Made by a program: the position numbers and the translations under genes. 64,000 nt of DNA, taken from the NCBI GenBank assembly GCA_963842085.1, contig CAWJET010000002.1:1440001-1504000 (forward strand), given 5' to 3'. Below are positions 9,281 to 18,282 of the stretch, in pieces; the first letter of the stretch is position 1, and every line of letters begins with the position of its first letter. Under the pieces are notes generated by a model that was given only the letters and a program-made list of their open reading frames with translations, did no database searches and was not told the origin of the DNA. Origin of the DNA: an uncultured delta proteobacterium. GTDB lineage: Bacteria; Desulfobacterota; Binatia; Binatales; Binataceae.

Positions 9281-10408
9281 ATGCTCGAGCGGCGGACTCT
9301 CTTCATGGTGGTTGCATTCTTCCTGGCGGGCTGCCACGGCCAGGGGAACGCCAGATCGTTCACCTACAGGTTGCGTAAACCACAGAATGAGCAGGGGTAC
9401 TCGACCCTACATACGATGCGCGACGGCGCCCTGCTGGTGGCTACCAAGCGGCTCGAACAGCCCAAGCAAATCTGGACTCTTACGCGCATCGAGGCGTGGG
9501 ACACCTCGCAACCGCGTGAGGATGAGCTGGATATTGACGTAGGGCCGAACGATGAACTGCTCGGATGGTTGTCTCAGAAGGATCGATCGGATCGGAACGA
9601 CCAGCTCTTAATGGACCCAGGAGGGAATTATCTCGTAGTCCGTTTGAGCCAGAACGCAGATACATGGAACTTCCCCGGCTTCCCCGGCCAATCTGCAAAG
9701 CCGCTGTCTGTTCTGAACATTATCGATCTCCACGGGTTCAAGCTTCTCAGGCGCGTCGTGCTCACCGATCCCCTGCTGGCCGCAGGCGACATGGGTTTCA
9801 GCCCCAGCGGAGCCTTCGTAGTGAGCGGCCTTCAGGACTATCGGAGCGCGACGGTCGACGGCAAGGTGACCAAAACGGGCCAGTATGCGGTGGAAACCTT
9901 AACCTTACCCTTCCTCAAGCCTGAAACGGTGTGTACTTACACCATTATCAACAAATTGTATCTCGCCGAGACCGCTTCGACTCCGGAAGAAAAGGCATGC
10001 GGACCGAAACTCGTCCCGTTGGGGTTCTCCTCGCTCGACGATCTGCGTAAAAGTCTCAACTCCCTTGGAATGGCGGAATACAACGCGGACCACACGCCGA
10101 CGAGTCTTGCAGAAAACCTGCCTTCGGGTTGCACATTCGAGGATCTTTCCGCGAACCTGAAATACGCGCTGGTTGATTGCGACGAGAGCCGCGTTCAAAT
10201 GACATTTTTCTCCTGGTACCGCGGGTTCAAGGTTCTCGACCTCGAGGATCGAACCCAGATCATGGATTTGCGGGTGCCGCGCGGTTCACTGGCGTCGCAC
10301 GGTTGGGGCCGCCCCCGGTTCTCCGGTGTGCTTGCCACGAGCCGCGGAGTCACATACGTGGTTCTATTGCATGATGGCGCCGAACTGGAAGGCTACCGCG
10401 TGCCTTAG
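9281..10408 (+). CDS. Hypothetical lipoprotein
   Basis: Long ORF with signal peptide and lipobox FFLAGC. Confidence 0.7.
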   Translation: MLERRTLFMVVAFFLAGCHGQGNARSFTYRLRKPQNEQGYSTLHTMRDGALLVATKRLEQPKQIWTLTRIEAWDTSQPREDELDIDVGPNDELLGWLSQKDRSDRNDQLLMDPGGNYLVVRLSQNADTWNFPGFPGQSAKPLSVLNIIDLHGFKLLRRVVLTDPLLAAGDMGFSPSGAFVVSGLQDYRSATVDGKVTKTGQYAVETLTLPFLKPETVCTYTIINKLYLAETASTPEEKACGPKLVPLGFSSLDDLRKSLNSLGMAEYNADHTPTSLAENLPSGCTFEDLSANLKYALVDCDESRVQMTFFSWYRGFKVLDLEDRTQIMDLRVPRGSLASHGWGRPRFSGVLATSRGVTYVVLLHDGAELEGYRVP

Positions 10409-10616
10409 TCTGCCGAAGTAAAGCGGACCCATCCAGCGCTGTCTGATCATTGGGAGCGCGAGGGCCGTCCTCCTCGCCGCTCCGTTTAGTGCCTGGAGAG
10501 TTTGGAAGGGCGGTGAACAGTCCGGCTTTGCGCTTGTTGCTTGAGCCGGCAGCTATCAATGGATCCAGGTCATGCGCTTCCTTCAATCGAGCCGTTCGGC
10601 ATCTGACCCGAGACGC

Positions 10617-10859
10617 TTACTCCACGCCCTCCTGGAAGATGGCATCGCCGCTCTCTTCGTCTTTCCCGACCTGTGCGGGCGGCGGGGTCAGCGCGATCGT
10701 TACGTTTTCAATCGTGCCCGTGAATTTGTTGTCGCCTTCTCTGTAGTCCTCGGTCACAGGCGTCGCGAGGTCTTCGCCAACGTCTTCGGTCTCGTCGGCG
10801 GAAAAAACGTAGGGGACCGTATTCTCGATTCGGCCCTCAGCCACCTTTTCTCCATTCAC
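10617..10859 (-). pseudogene. Arylsulfatase C-terminal fragment
   Basis: VNGEKVAEGRIENTVPYVFSADETEDVGEDLATPVTEDY...NKFTGTIENVTI; cut at the CTAG at 10860. Confidence 0.7.
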
Positions 10860-11073
10860 CTAGTATCCTGTCCCATAAATAACTTTACTTGTACCGACGG
10901 TTTTCTTAAGCAATCACAGGGTAAAAATGACCAGACGGCCAAAACCTATTTGCGGGACAGGACACTAGTGTCGTGTCCCGCAAATAGGTTTATGTTGTCG
11001 GCGCCATCTGTCCACGAAACTGCTTCAGAAAATCGTCGGTACAAGTAAAGTTATTTATGGGACAGGATACTAG
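10860..11073. mobile_element. Two inverted 105-bp MITE-like units delimited by CTAG, forming a 214-bp palindrome
   Basis: CTAG at 10860, 10965 and 11070. Each unit has terminal inverted repeats TATCCTGTCCCATAAATA / TATTTGCGGGACASGACA. Confidence 0.75.
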
Positions 11074-11420
11074 GGAAGCTCTGCACAGGTCGGTGTGCGG
11101 GGGCAATTTGCTGAAGTGGTCATGACAATCGGGTTCAGAGAGCGGAGGATGAGTGATGATTGGTCCGGCGTTGAGCGCCGCCGAGACTGCTCGCTGCCCG
11201 AAGTTTCTTCACAGCCCACACCTGGCCCCTGCTGGGAGCAGTTGCCTGCGGACTTGGTAGAGGTTGGCCAGGGCGAACATGGTCTGCGCCCGCGCCAGGT
11301 TTTTGGCCAGGCCGCGGTATCTCACTTTGGTGAAACCCCACAGTTGCTTGACCACGCGAAAGGCGTGTTCGCCGCGAGCCGGGTCCGCGAGCGCGCCCGG
11401 TTGATCATCCGCCAGCGCTC
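11074..11420 (-). mobile_element. IS5-family transposase 3' remnant with right end
   Basis: INRARSRTR(frameshift)GEHAFRVVKQLWGFTKVRYRGLAKNLARAQTMFALANLY...* (stop 11209). The end GGAAGCTCTGCACA abuts CTAG, matching the YTAR target of IS5. Confidence 0.8.
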
Positions 11421-11449
11421 CGGTGCGGTAACTATTTCAGGGAAGGGAG
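11421..11449 (+). repeat. 29-bp motif, inverted copy at 14534-14562
   Basis: CGGTGCGGTAACTATTTCAGGGAAGGGAG versus CGGTGCGGTAAGCATTTCAGGGAAGGGAG (27/29). Confidence 0.8.
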
Positions 11450-11476
11450 ACGTGGAGATGGGAGGGCGACGAACGT

Positions 11477-11634
11477 GAAAAAACGGTCTTATCGGTCGCG
11501 CACACACCCCACGACTTGAGTCCGAATTGCGTGATGACGAGGTCGGGTTTTGGCGCCGCCACCGCTTGACCCGCCATTGCGATCGCGGCGATGCCGAACG
11601 TGATTAGTGCGAGTATTTTGGAGTTGGCCTTCAC
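11477..11634 (-). pseudogene. 5' fragment of a secreted protein (signal peptide plus CARDB-like start)
   Basis: RBS AAAGGAG; MKANSKILALITFGIAAIAMAGQAVA-APKPDLVITQF; truncated next to the 29-bp motif. Confidence 0.6.
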
Positions 11635-12071
11635 TATACTTACTCCTTTCGAGCACGGCGCAAGCCTACATCTTTTTGAACGCTAAAAACACTCGCGGTC
11701 GAACCCGGCTAGGCGTTTCCCTCCCTTTTCTGCTCGTCTCAGGCCGGAATAGTTACGCCGTACAGCCGGCAGGCCTGGATGGGGAGCGAGCCTCGAGGTG
11801 ACTGCTAAGGTCCGCTTAAGTAGCGTCAGCGACACATTGTTGCATCGATTCTAGAATTTGTAGCCATCGGCTGATTGATGGCGGGAGCACGCCGCCTTTT
11901 TTCAGGGCTATTGACTAATCGTTAGTGGCGCATTAATTGCAGGGGCGGTTCGGATGAGCGGGATGAAAGGTGTGAATGCACTGTTAGATATTAGCGCTAC
12001 TGGAACATCGGTAGAATTGACCCTTCACGCGCCGGCAGGGTAAACAGCGACTTGGTAATCGCCGGCTCGTA

Positions 12072-14504
12072 TTGAGCGCACCGTCCAGTCTGCTACCAAA
12101 GGGAAGGATCCTCTTGCTTGCTATCGCGGTTGCCTACTCTTGGGGAAAAGCATGGATCGGCGTGATCGCGATTTGTTGTGCGGCCGCACTTGCTATCTTC
12201 GGCCTTCATGGTTCTTCAGGCCGTGCGTACAGCGCGGACTCCACCCCGACGCTCTTCGTTACGGACGGCTGCTCCAGGGCCGTGACAGCTTATCCAGCCG
12301 CAAGCAACGGTGACATTTCGCCGCTGGCCCCCGCCCCTACCGGCCTTGCCCAACCGCAATATGTGGCCGTTGACAAAAATGGGAACATTTACGCCACCAA
12401 CCTTTGCACAAGGACCATCACCATTTACACCGAAGGGAGTAAGGGCAATGCTGCTCCCATCGCCATCATTGGCGGAAGCAACACCGGCTTAAGCAGCCCG
12501 GAAGGCATCGCGGTGGATTCCGGCGGCAACATCTACGTGGCAGATTTAGGTGCCGCCAGCCTGTTCGTCTATCCGCCGCTGGGAAGCAGCACCGGGTCGC
12601 TCAACGAGGCCCCCACCGCTACCATCAGCGGGAGCAACACCGGCCTGAATGCTCCGGTCGGCATCGCGCTGGATTCCAGCCGCAACATCTACGTGGCGGA
12701 TGCAAACGGCAACAGCGTGCTTGTCTATCCGCCGCTGGGAAGCAGCACCGGGTCGCTCAATGAGGCCCCGGCCGCCACCATTAGTGGGACCAACACTAGT
12801 CTGGGCGTACCACAAGGCATCGCGCTGGATTCCAGCCGCAACATCTATGTGGCGGCTGGAAACGGACGCGAAGTGTTTGTGTATTCAGCCGGGAGCAACG
12901 GCAATGCCTCCCCAATCGCCACTATCAATGGGACCGAGACCGACTTGGTCAACCCAGTCGGCATCGCGCTGGATTCCAGCGACCAAATCTATGTGGTGGA
13001 TTCCGGAACCAAAAGCGTGTTTGTCTATCCACCGCTGGGAAGCAACACCGGGTCGCTTAATGAGGCCCCGGCCGCCACGATTAGCGGGACCAACACCGGT
13101 CTTTTCTTACCACAAGGCATCGCGCTGGATACTGGCCGCAACATCTATGTGGCGGACGGAGGCAACTCCAGCGTGACGGTCTACTCGCCCGTAGGAAGCA
13201 GTACCGGGCTGCTCAACGAGGCCCCCAGCGCCTCCATTAGCACGACCATGACCACCGGTCTGATCTATCCAGAAGGCATCGCGCTGGATTCCAGCTCCAA
13301 CATCTATGTAGCGGATTCTGGCGCCGCCGACGTATTTGTCTACCCTGCCGGGAGTAACGGCGACACCGCCACACTCGCCACCATCAGCGGGAGCAACACC
13401 GGCCTGCGGGACCCACAGGGCATCGCGCTGGATTCCAGCGCCAACATCTATGTGGTGGATCTTTTGGGCAGCTTGTTTGTCTACTCGCCGCTCGGAAGCA
13501 GCACTGGGCTGCTCAACGAGGTCCCGACCGCCACGATCAGCGGGGGCAACACCGGCCTGAACGCTCCAGTCGGCATCGCGCTGGATTCCAGCCGCAACAT
13601 CTACGTGTCGGATTCAGGTGCCGCCAGCGTGTTTGTCTACCCGCCGCTGGGACATAGCACAGGGCCACTGAACGAGGCCCCCACCGCCACCATCAGCGGG
13701 AGCAACACCGGCCTGCGGGATCCACAAGGCATCGCGCTGGATTCCAGCCGCAACATCTACGTGGTGGACTGCGGTGAGTGTAACGGAAATGGCACCGGCA
13801 CCAGCGTGTTTGTCTATCCGCCGCTGGGAAGCAGCACCGGGTCGCTCAACGAGGCCCCCACTGCCACCATCAGCGGGAGAAATACCAGCCTGCTATATCC
13901 GATCGGCATCGCGCTGGATTCTAGCGGCGACATCTATGTGGTCGATCTTTTCGGCAGCGTGTTTGTCTATCCCCCGCTGGGAAGCAGCACTGGAGTGCTC
14001 GACGAGTTTCCCAGTGCCGACATAAGCGGACCACAAACGGAACTGGGTGAGCCTCTGTTCATCGCCATTCAGCAGTTGGGAGCTGCCACGCCGACGCCAA
14101 CCGCGAGTCCGACCTTCACCGCGGCGACAGCAACTCCAACGCCGACCGCGATTGCGACGCCGACTCCAACTGCGGCGCCGGTGACGCTTGAGATCAAGCC
14201 GAAAGCGCTCAAGTTCGCGAAGATCACGGTTGGAACGCCGAGCGAACCGAAAACGGTTACGGTGTCCAATCCTAAGGGCACCAAGAAGCATCCGGGGTCT
14301 GCGGTGTTGATCGAGATGATTTCCGATCCGGCGGTCTTCACCCAGACCAACGACTGTCCCGCGAGTCTAGCGCCGGGCACGGGTTGTTCGATCTCGGTGA
14401 CATTTACTCCGAGCGCGCCCACGAATCAGACCGGAGTGCTGACGATTACCGACAATGCGAAGGGTGGTAGGCAGACGGTGTCGCTTAGTGGCACGGGAAA
14501 ATAG
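12072..14504 (+). CDS. Secreted NHL-repeat beta-propeller protein with PT linker and C-terminal choice-of-anchor-D (ASH-like Ig) domain
   Basis: About 12 repeats of ATISGSNTGL..P.GIALDSSRNIYVAD...SVFVYPPLGSSTGSLNEAP; TPTPTA linker; ..CSISVTFTPSA..TGVLTITDNA..QTVSLSGTGK. Start uncertain. Confidence 0.85.
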   Translation: MSAPSSLLPKGRILLLAIAVAYSWGKAWIGVIAICCAAALAIFGLHGSSGRAYSADSTPTLFVTDGCSRAVTAYPAASNGDISPLAPAPTGLAQPQYVAVDKNGNIYATNLCTRTITIYTEGSKGNAAPIAIIGGSNTGLSSPEGIAVDSGGNIYVADLGAASLFVYPPLGSSTGSLNEAPTATISGSNTGLNAPVGIALDSSRNIYVADANGNSVLVYPPLGSSTGSLNEAPAATISGTNTSLGVPQGIALDSSRNIYVAAGNGREVFVYSAGSNGNASPIATINGTETDLVNPVGIALDSSDQIYVVDSGTKSVFVYPPLGSNTGSLNEAPAATISGTNTGLFLPQGIALDTGRNIYVADGGNSSVTVYSPVGSSTGLLNEAPSASISTTMTTGLIYPEGIALDSSSNIYVADSGAADVFVYPAGSNGDTATLATISGSNTGLRDPQGIALDSSANIYVVDLLGSLFVYSPLGSSTGLLNEVPTATISGGNTGLNAPVGIALDSSRNIYVSDSGAASVFVYPPLGHSTGPLNEAPTATISGSNTGLRDPQGIALDSSRNIYVVDCGECNGNGTGTSVFVYPPLGSSTGSLNEAPTATISGRNTSLLYPIGIALDSSGDIYVVDLFGSVFVYPPLGSSTGVLDEFPSADISGPQTELGEPLFIAIQQLGAATPTPTASPTFTAATATPTPTAIATPTPTAAPVTLEIKPKALKFAKITVGTPSEPKTVTVSNPKGTKKHPGSAVLIEMISDPAVFTQTNDCPASLAPGTGCSISVTFTPSAPTNQTGVLTITDNAKGGRQTVSLSGTGK

Positions 14505-14533
14505 CAGAGACAAGCGCCGCCACCGCCTTCTGC

Positions 14534-14610
14534 CTCCCTTCCCTGAAATGCTTACCGCACCGTCCGTGTACCAGTGCACCCTCCGGGAAGTGCACACACA
14601 TCCGCATGTC
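14534..14610 (-). repeat. Second copy of the 29-bp motif, adjacent to a hairpin homologous to the 15638-15677 spacer
   Basis: GTACCAGTGCACCCTCCGGGAAGTGCACACAC versus GTACGCAGCTGCACCCTCCTGGCAACTGCGCATCAC. Confidence 0.7.
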
Positions 14611-14984
14611 GGGCGCGGACATTGGATAATCCTGGACGAAGCAATTTTGCATATCAACATTGACGGGCGCTGTGCTGGTTGGAACTACATCAAAGTCAGC
14701 CATGAGCTGGGGAGGGAATGCCGCTCGTCGCAAACGCGTAGTTGACAACGCTCGACCCCCCGGTGCAGACGCGAAGCAACCCGGTCAGCGCTGGAAAAGC
14801 CTTGGACCGAACCCGCGAAAACACTGCTTGGGAGGTCGTTTAATGTACGAGGCGATTTCAAAATCCGAGAGAAAAGGGAATGTCAGTTCAGATTTGTCAG
14901 TAATATTTTTTGATGATTGTTGACTCGTATTTACGATATAGTTAGTTTTACTGCGCACCACAGAATCGCCAACGAGGGGGGCCG

Positions 14985-15407
14985 ATGAGGGTCGAGGACG
15001 CACTGCGAAAAATCGCACTATTGCGCAGGATCAGCACCGATAAGGGAGCACTGCCGGCGGAGAGAGAGACTGCGCACCGCCTGCAGAAGCTGCTGATGGA
15101 GCGTTACGCGATCAGGCACCAGGAGGTCTCTGAGGCCTCGCCGACGACGACTTTTCGCTTAAACTGGAGTTACTGGCGGGAACTGCTTGAAGATTTCGAC
15201 CTGTGTTTGAACCATTTTGGTGGCCGCGGCAGCGCCAAGGTCGGGAACAACAGTATCGTCTACATCAGGCTTGCTACCAACCAATGGCGGATCGAAGAGA
15301 GGTCCCCGAGCGGTTGGCAACCCACGGTTCGTGATCGGGGTATACGATCGTTGCGCGAATACCTTAAAGTGCACGCGCCAAAGAGCTATTCGCTTCTAAG
15401 GCGCTGA
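14985..15407 (+). CDS. DUF2786-like domain protein
   Basis: N-terminal ALRKIALLRRISTDKGALPAERETAHRLQKLLMERYAI resembles DUF2786; RBS GAGG. Confidence 0.6.
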   Translation: MRVEDALRKIALLRRISTDKGALPAERETAHRLQKLLMERYAIRHQEVSEASPTTTFRLNWSYWRELLEDFDLCLNHFGGRGSAKVGNNSIVYIRLATNQWRIEERSPSGWQPTVRDRGIRSLREYLKVHAPKSYSLLRR

Positions 15408-15546
15408 TCGCCGCGCCGTCAGCGCGGGCGTGATTGGTTTCCGGCTTCGGTCACCTCGGGACCGTTCCTATTCTTTCGCGCATTGTGGAAGCACGGTGCC
15501 AGCTCGCGCGAGTGCCAACCAGGGCCGCCCGTCCCTCCGCGCATCC

Positions 15547-15861
15547 TCGCTGAAATAGTCACGCTCATCCCAGGCTGTGAGCACACATCAGGCATCGATG
15601 GGGGGGAGCCCCTGGCGACCCTGAGATCAGGGTGACCGGTACGCAGCTGCACCCTCCTGGCAACTGCGCATCACGGGCATCGATGGGGGGCGAGCCTCCA
15701 GCGCCCGGATATCCGGGTGACCCATTAACCCTTTTCTGTTCTTGCCCGTCTTCGCTGAAATAGTTACCGTGCTGCTGTCCGACAATGTACCATCCCTCAT
15801 TCAGCACCACTCCAAACATCGATGGGGGGGAGCCCCCTGGTGACCAGAGATCATGGTGACC
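15547..15861. repeat. Structured tandem repeat cluster: three 45-bp repeats, two CTGAAATAGT(T/C)AC motifs, hairpin spacers
   Basis: 45-bp copies at 15593-15637, 15678-15722 and 15817-15861 (CATCGATGGGGGG..GAGCC..hairpin..GGTGACC); motif copies at 15550 and 15755. Confidence 0.85.
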
Positions 15862-16099
15862 AGGAGCGCGCGACGCCGATCGCCGAGAAGGTTGATGGCG
15901 CCTGGCAGATAGGTTCGCCAGATCGAACTGTGCCAGCAGCACTGCGACATCGTCGTCGAGCGCCAGCGAAAGCGAGGCTTGGAGATTGTGGACAAATCCG
16001 TGGTGGTTGTTTGCTGACCGCGCGCAAGATGTGCCATCCAGAGGTCGCTACCAACGCGAGTGCAGATCACTTCGAGAAAAATGCAATGAGGACCCCACG

Positions 16100-16245
16100 A
16101 TGCTTTACTGGATCATAGTCGGCATTATCGCGCGCTGGCTGGCCGGCAAGCTCGTGCATTGCGAAGGTTTCGGATTAATCGGCGATCTCATACTCGGCCT
16201 GATAGGAGGCCTCGTCGGCGGCTCGCTATTCGGCGCGCTCGGCAA
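16100..16245 (+). pseudogene. GlsB/YeaQ/YmgE (transglycosylase-associated) membrane protein fragment
   Basis: MLYWIIVGIIARWLAGKLV..EGFGLIGDLILGLIGGLVGGSLFGALG, then truncated. Confidence 0.75.
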
Positions 16246-16400
16246 GCTGCTTGCGCAGGGAACAGATTCTCGGCTGCGACCGAGCTTCTGGAACGCAACC
16301 CGAGACACACAAAGTGGACCAGATCAGCCAGGATCCGTAACCAACTCAGCCCTGTGCGCATGATGAAGGAAACCCTCTGCCGTCGACGCTGTCTCCTCAA
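16240..16400 (-). mobile_element. Integrase-core-type transposase N-terminal remnant
   Basis: LADLVHFVCLGLRSRSSVAAENLF(frameshift)RKQLA is the typical AENL.LR.QL leader of this family. Confidence 0.6.
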
Positions 16401-16454
16401 GATTCCGAAGAACTATACGGGGTTCAAGGCCGAAACGAATGTTTTTGCGGAGCA

Positions 16455-16613
16455 CAGGTTGAAGAAGCGCGCGCACATCGGCTCTTCCCACCGAAGATCG
16501 AGGTGCGACACCGCGCCGGGAACGTACACGATGTCGCGCGGACCATCGCCAATCACCTGATAGGCGATGTTTATCTCGCCGCTTCTCGCGTATCTGGTTC
16601 GATGCTCTGTCAC
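16455..16613 (-). pseudogene. Alpha/beta-hydrolase (LipJ-like hydrolase-cyclase) N-terminal fragment
   Basis: TRYARSGEINIAYQVIGDGPRDIVYVPGAVSHLDLRWEEP..RFF. Confidence 0.8.
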
Positions 16614-16633
16614 GGTGAGCTTGATGCCCCTGG

Positions 16634-16942
16634 TTATGCGCTGAGCTCATCGAGCAGCGCCCTGGCGTCCTTGAGGTCCGCAGTATCGAACCCTTCGGTG
16701 AACCAGTTATAGATTTCGGCGAGCATCGCGCGCGCTTCGTCGCCACGATTGGTGTCGCGCACAAGACGCGCGAGGCTGGTCGCTGCGCGCAGCTCCCACG
16801 ACTTCGCTTTCTGTCGAAGCGAAACTGCTATGGCACGTCGGCAGGACTGCTCCGCATGAGTATACTTCGAGGGACCGCAAGCACGCTCGAGCTCTCCTTT
16901 CACCCGATAAGCCTCTGCTTCCATCATCCGATGCTCGACCAA
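16634..16942 (-). pseudogene. C-terminal TPR fragment of adenylate/guanylate cyclase-AAA ATPase
   Basis: AEAYRVKGEL...KAKSWELRAATSLARL...EIYNWFTEGFDTADLKDARALLDEL. Confidence 0.8.
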
Positions 16943-17202
16943 CGGAAACGCTTGCTCTATTGTTCTAGAGGCTGGATTTCAAGCGGCCACGATCGGCCTG
17001 CCTCGGCATTTCAATCTGAAGCAGTTGTAACATGAATTTTAATTGACCGAGGCGCAGGACGAAAACCTTCTCGCAATCAGTAATCGCCCGCCACGCGAGG
17101 CGAACTCGTGGGCGATCGAAGCGCCGATTCCGGTGCCGCCGCCGGCGCCGGCTTCTCCGCATGTGCAGCCGATCGGCGACATAGCTGCATTGCCGATCCT
17201 CG

Positions 17203-18282
17203 GGGCGATGTCCCACCGGATGTTGAAATTCGAATTTGAGTAAGTAGCGGCGGCTACGGGCCGACCTGAGAATGGGTCTGGCAAGAACACCGTCCCCGAG
17301 GTGGGAAGAAGGAGCCGCCGATGAAGAACACAGCAAACGCCAGAGTGCCGGCGCAAGTTGGCGCCGGTCTGTTGTTGACAACGCAGCAGCTGCTGCTGCC
17401 GATGATCGAGGGCATCGTCCACAGCCGGCGCGAGCTGTTCGCCTGGGTGCAGCAGGTGGGGGTCAATGCGCTAAAAGAGTTGTTCGAGCTGGACGTGGTG
17501 GAACTGGCCGGACCCCGGGGCAAGCATCGCGCCGAGCGATCTCATTATCGCTGGGGTGCAGCGCCGATCGTGCTGCCGTTCGGTGGCCGGCGGATAGTTG
17601 TACCTTGTCCACGAATACGCGGCGTGGGTGGAGGCGAGGCGCAGCTGAAAAGTGCCTCCCACTTCCGCGCCATAGATCCGGTTCCCGCGCGGGTGCTCAA
17701 CCAGATCCTGCTCGGAGTCTCGACGCGCGGTTACGACCAGAGCCTGGAGCCGGCGCCCGCCGAGATAATCGTCCGCGGAGCCAGCAAGAGTTCAGCGAGC
17801 CGCCACCTGATCGCGCGCATGAGCGACAAGCTGCGCGAGCAACTGAGCCGCCGGCTCGAACAACTCGACCTGCTGGTGCTGATGGTCGACGGCATCGAGA
17901 TCGCGCATCGCACCGTGGTGGTGGCGCTGGGGATTTTGGCCGACGGACGCAAAGCAGTGCTGGGCCTGGGGCTGGACTCGACCGAGAATGCCGCGCTTTG
18001 CACCTCGCTGCTCAACGATCTGCTCGAGCGCGGGCTCAAGGTCGACGGCCGCGTCCTGTGCGTGATCGACGGCGGGCGCGGGATCAGAAAGGCGCTCGCC
18101 GACGTGTTCGGCGATCTGTCGGTGGTGCAACGCTGTAGAGTGCACAAGCAACGCAACATCCTCGACCACCTCCCGCCCAACCGCAAAGCCTACGTCTCAC
18201 GCATGCTCGCCGAGGCCTGGAACAGCGATTCCGCCGCGTTGGCGCGCCGGTGGCTGAAGACCCTGCTGCGCTGGCTGGAGAC
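17203..18282 (+). mobile_element. IS256-family element, 3'-truncated (transposase ORF 17321-18304)
   Basis: GVSTRGY, LMVDG, VVVALGI..DGRKAVLGL...STENA, VIDGGRGI.KA, QRCRVHK.RN motifs; the third catalytic (TN.IE) region is missing. Left-end-like GGCGATGTCCCACCGGATGTTGAA. Confidence 0.85.

Noticed and set aside
11421-11449. dif/Xer site (GGTGCG..TAA resembles the XerC arm)
   Set aside because: No XerD arm TTATGTTAAAT-like sequence.
12450-14070. Regularly spaced DNA repeats as CRISPR or DGR template/variable repeats
   Set aside because: In-frame NHL protein repeats; no reverse transcriptase in the window and no evident adenine-specific variation.
15593-15861. CRISPR array
   Set aside because: Repeats differ substantially, gaps are 40 and 94 bp and themselves fold, and no cas genes are present; kept as an unknown repeat system.
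15419-15942. Minus-strand ORFs with repeated GSPP motifs as RiPP-like precursors
   Set aside because: The motif falls in different frames between copies and simply reflects the DNA repeat.
17043-17243. ORF ending GDIAALPILG as an integrase-core transposase C-terminal remnant
   Set aside because: Similarity too short to call; it is cut by the IS256 left end.
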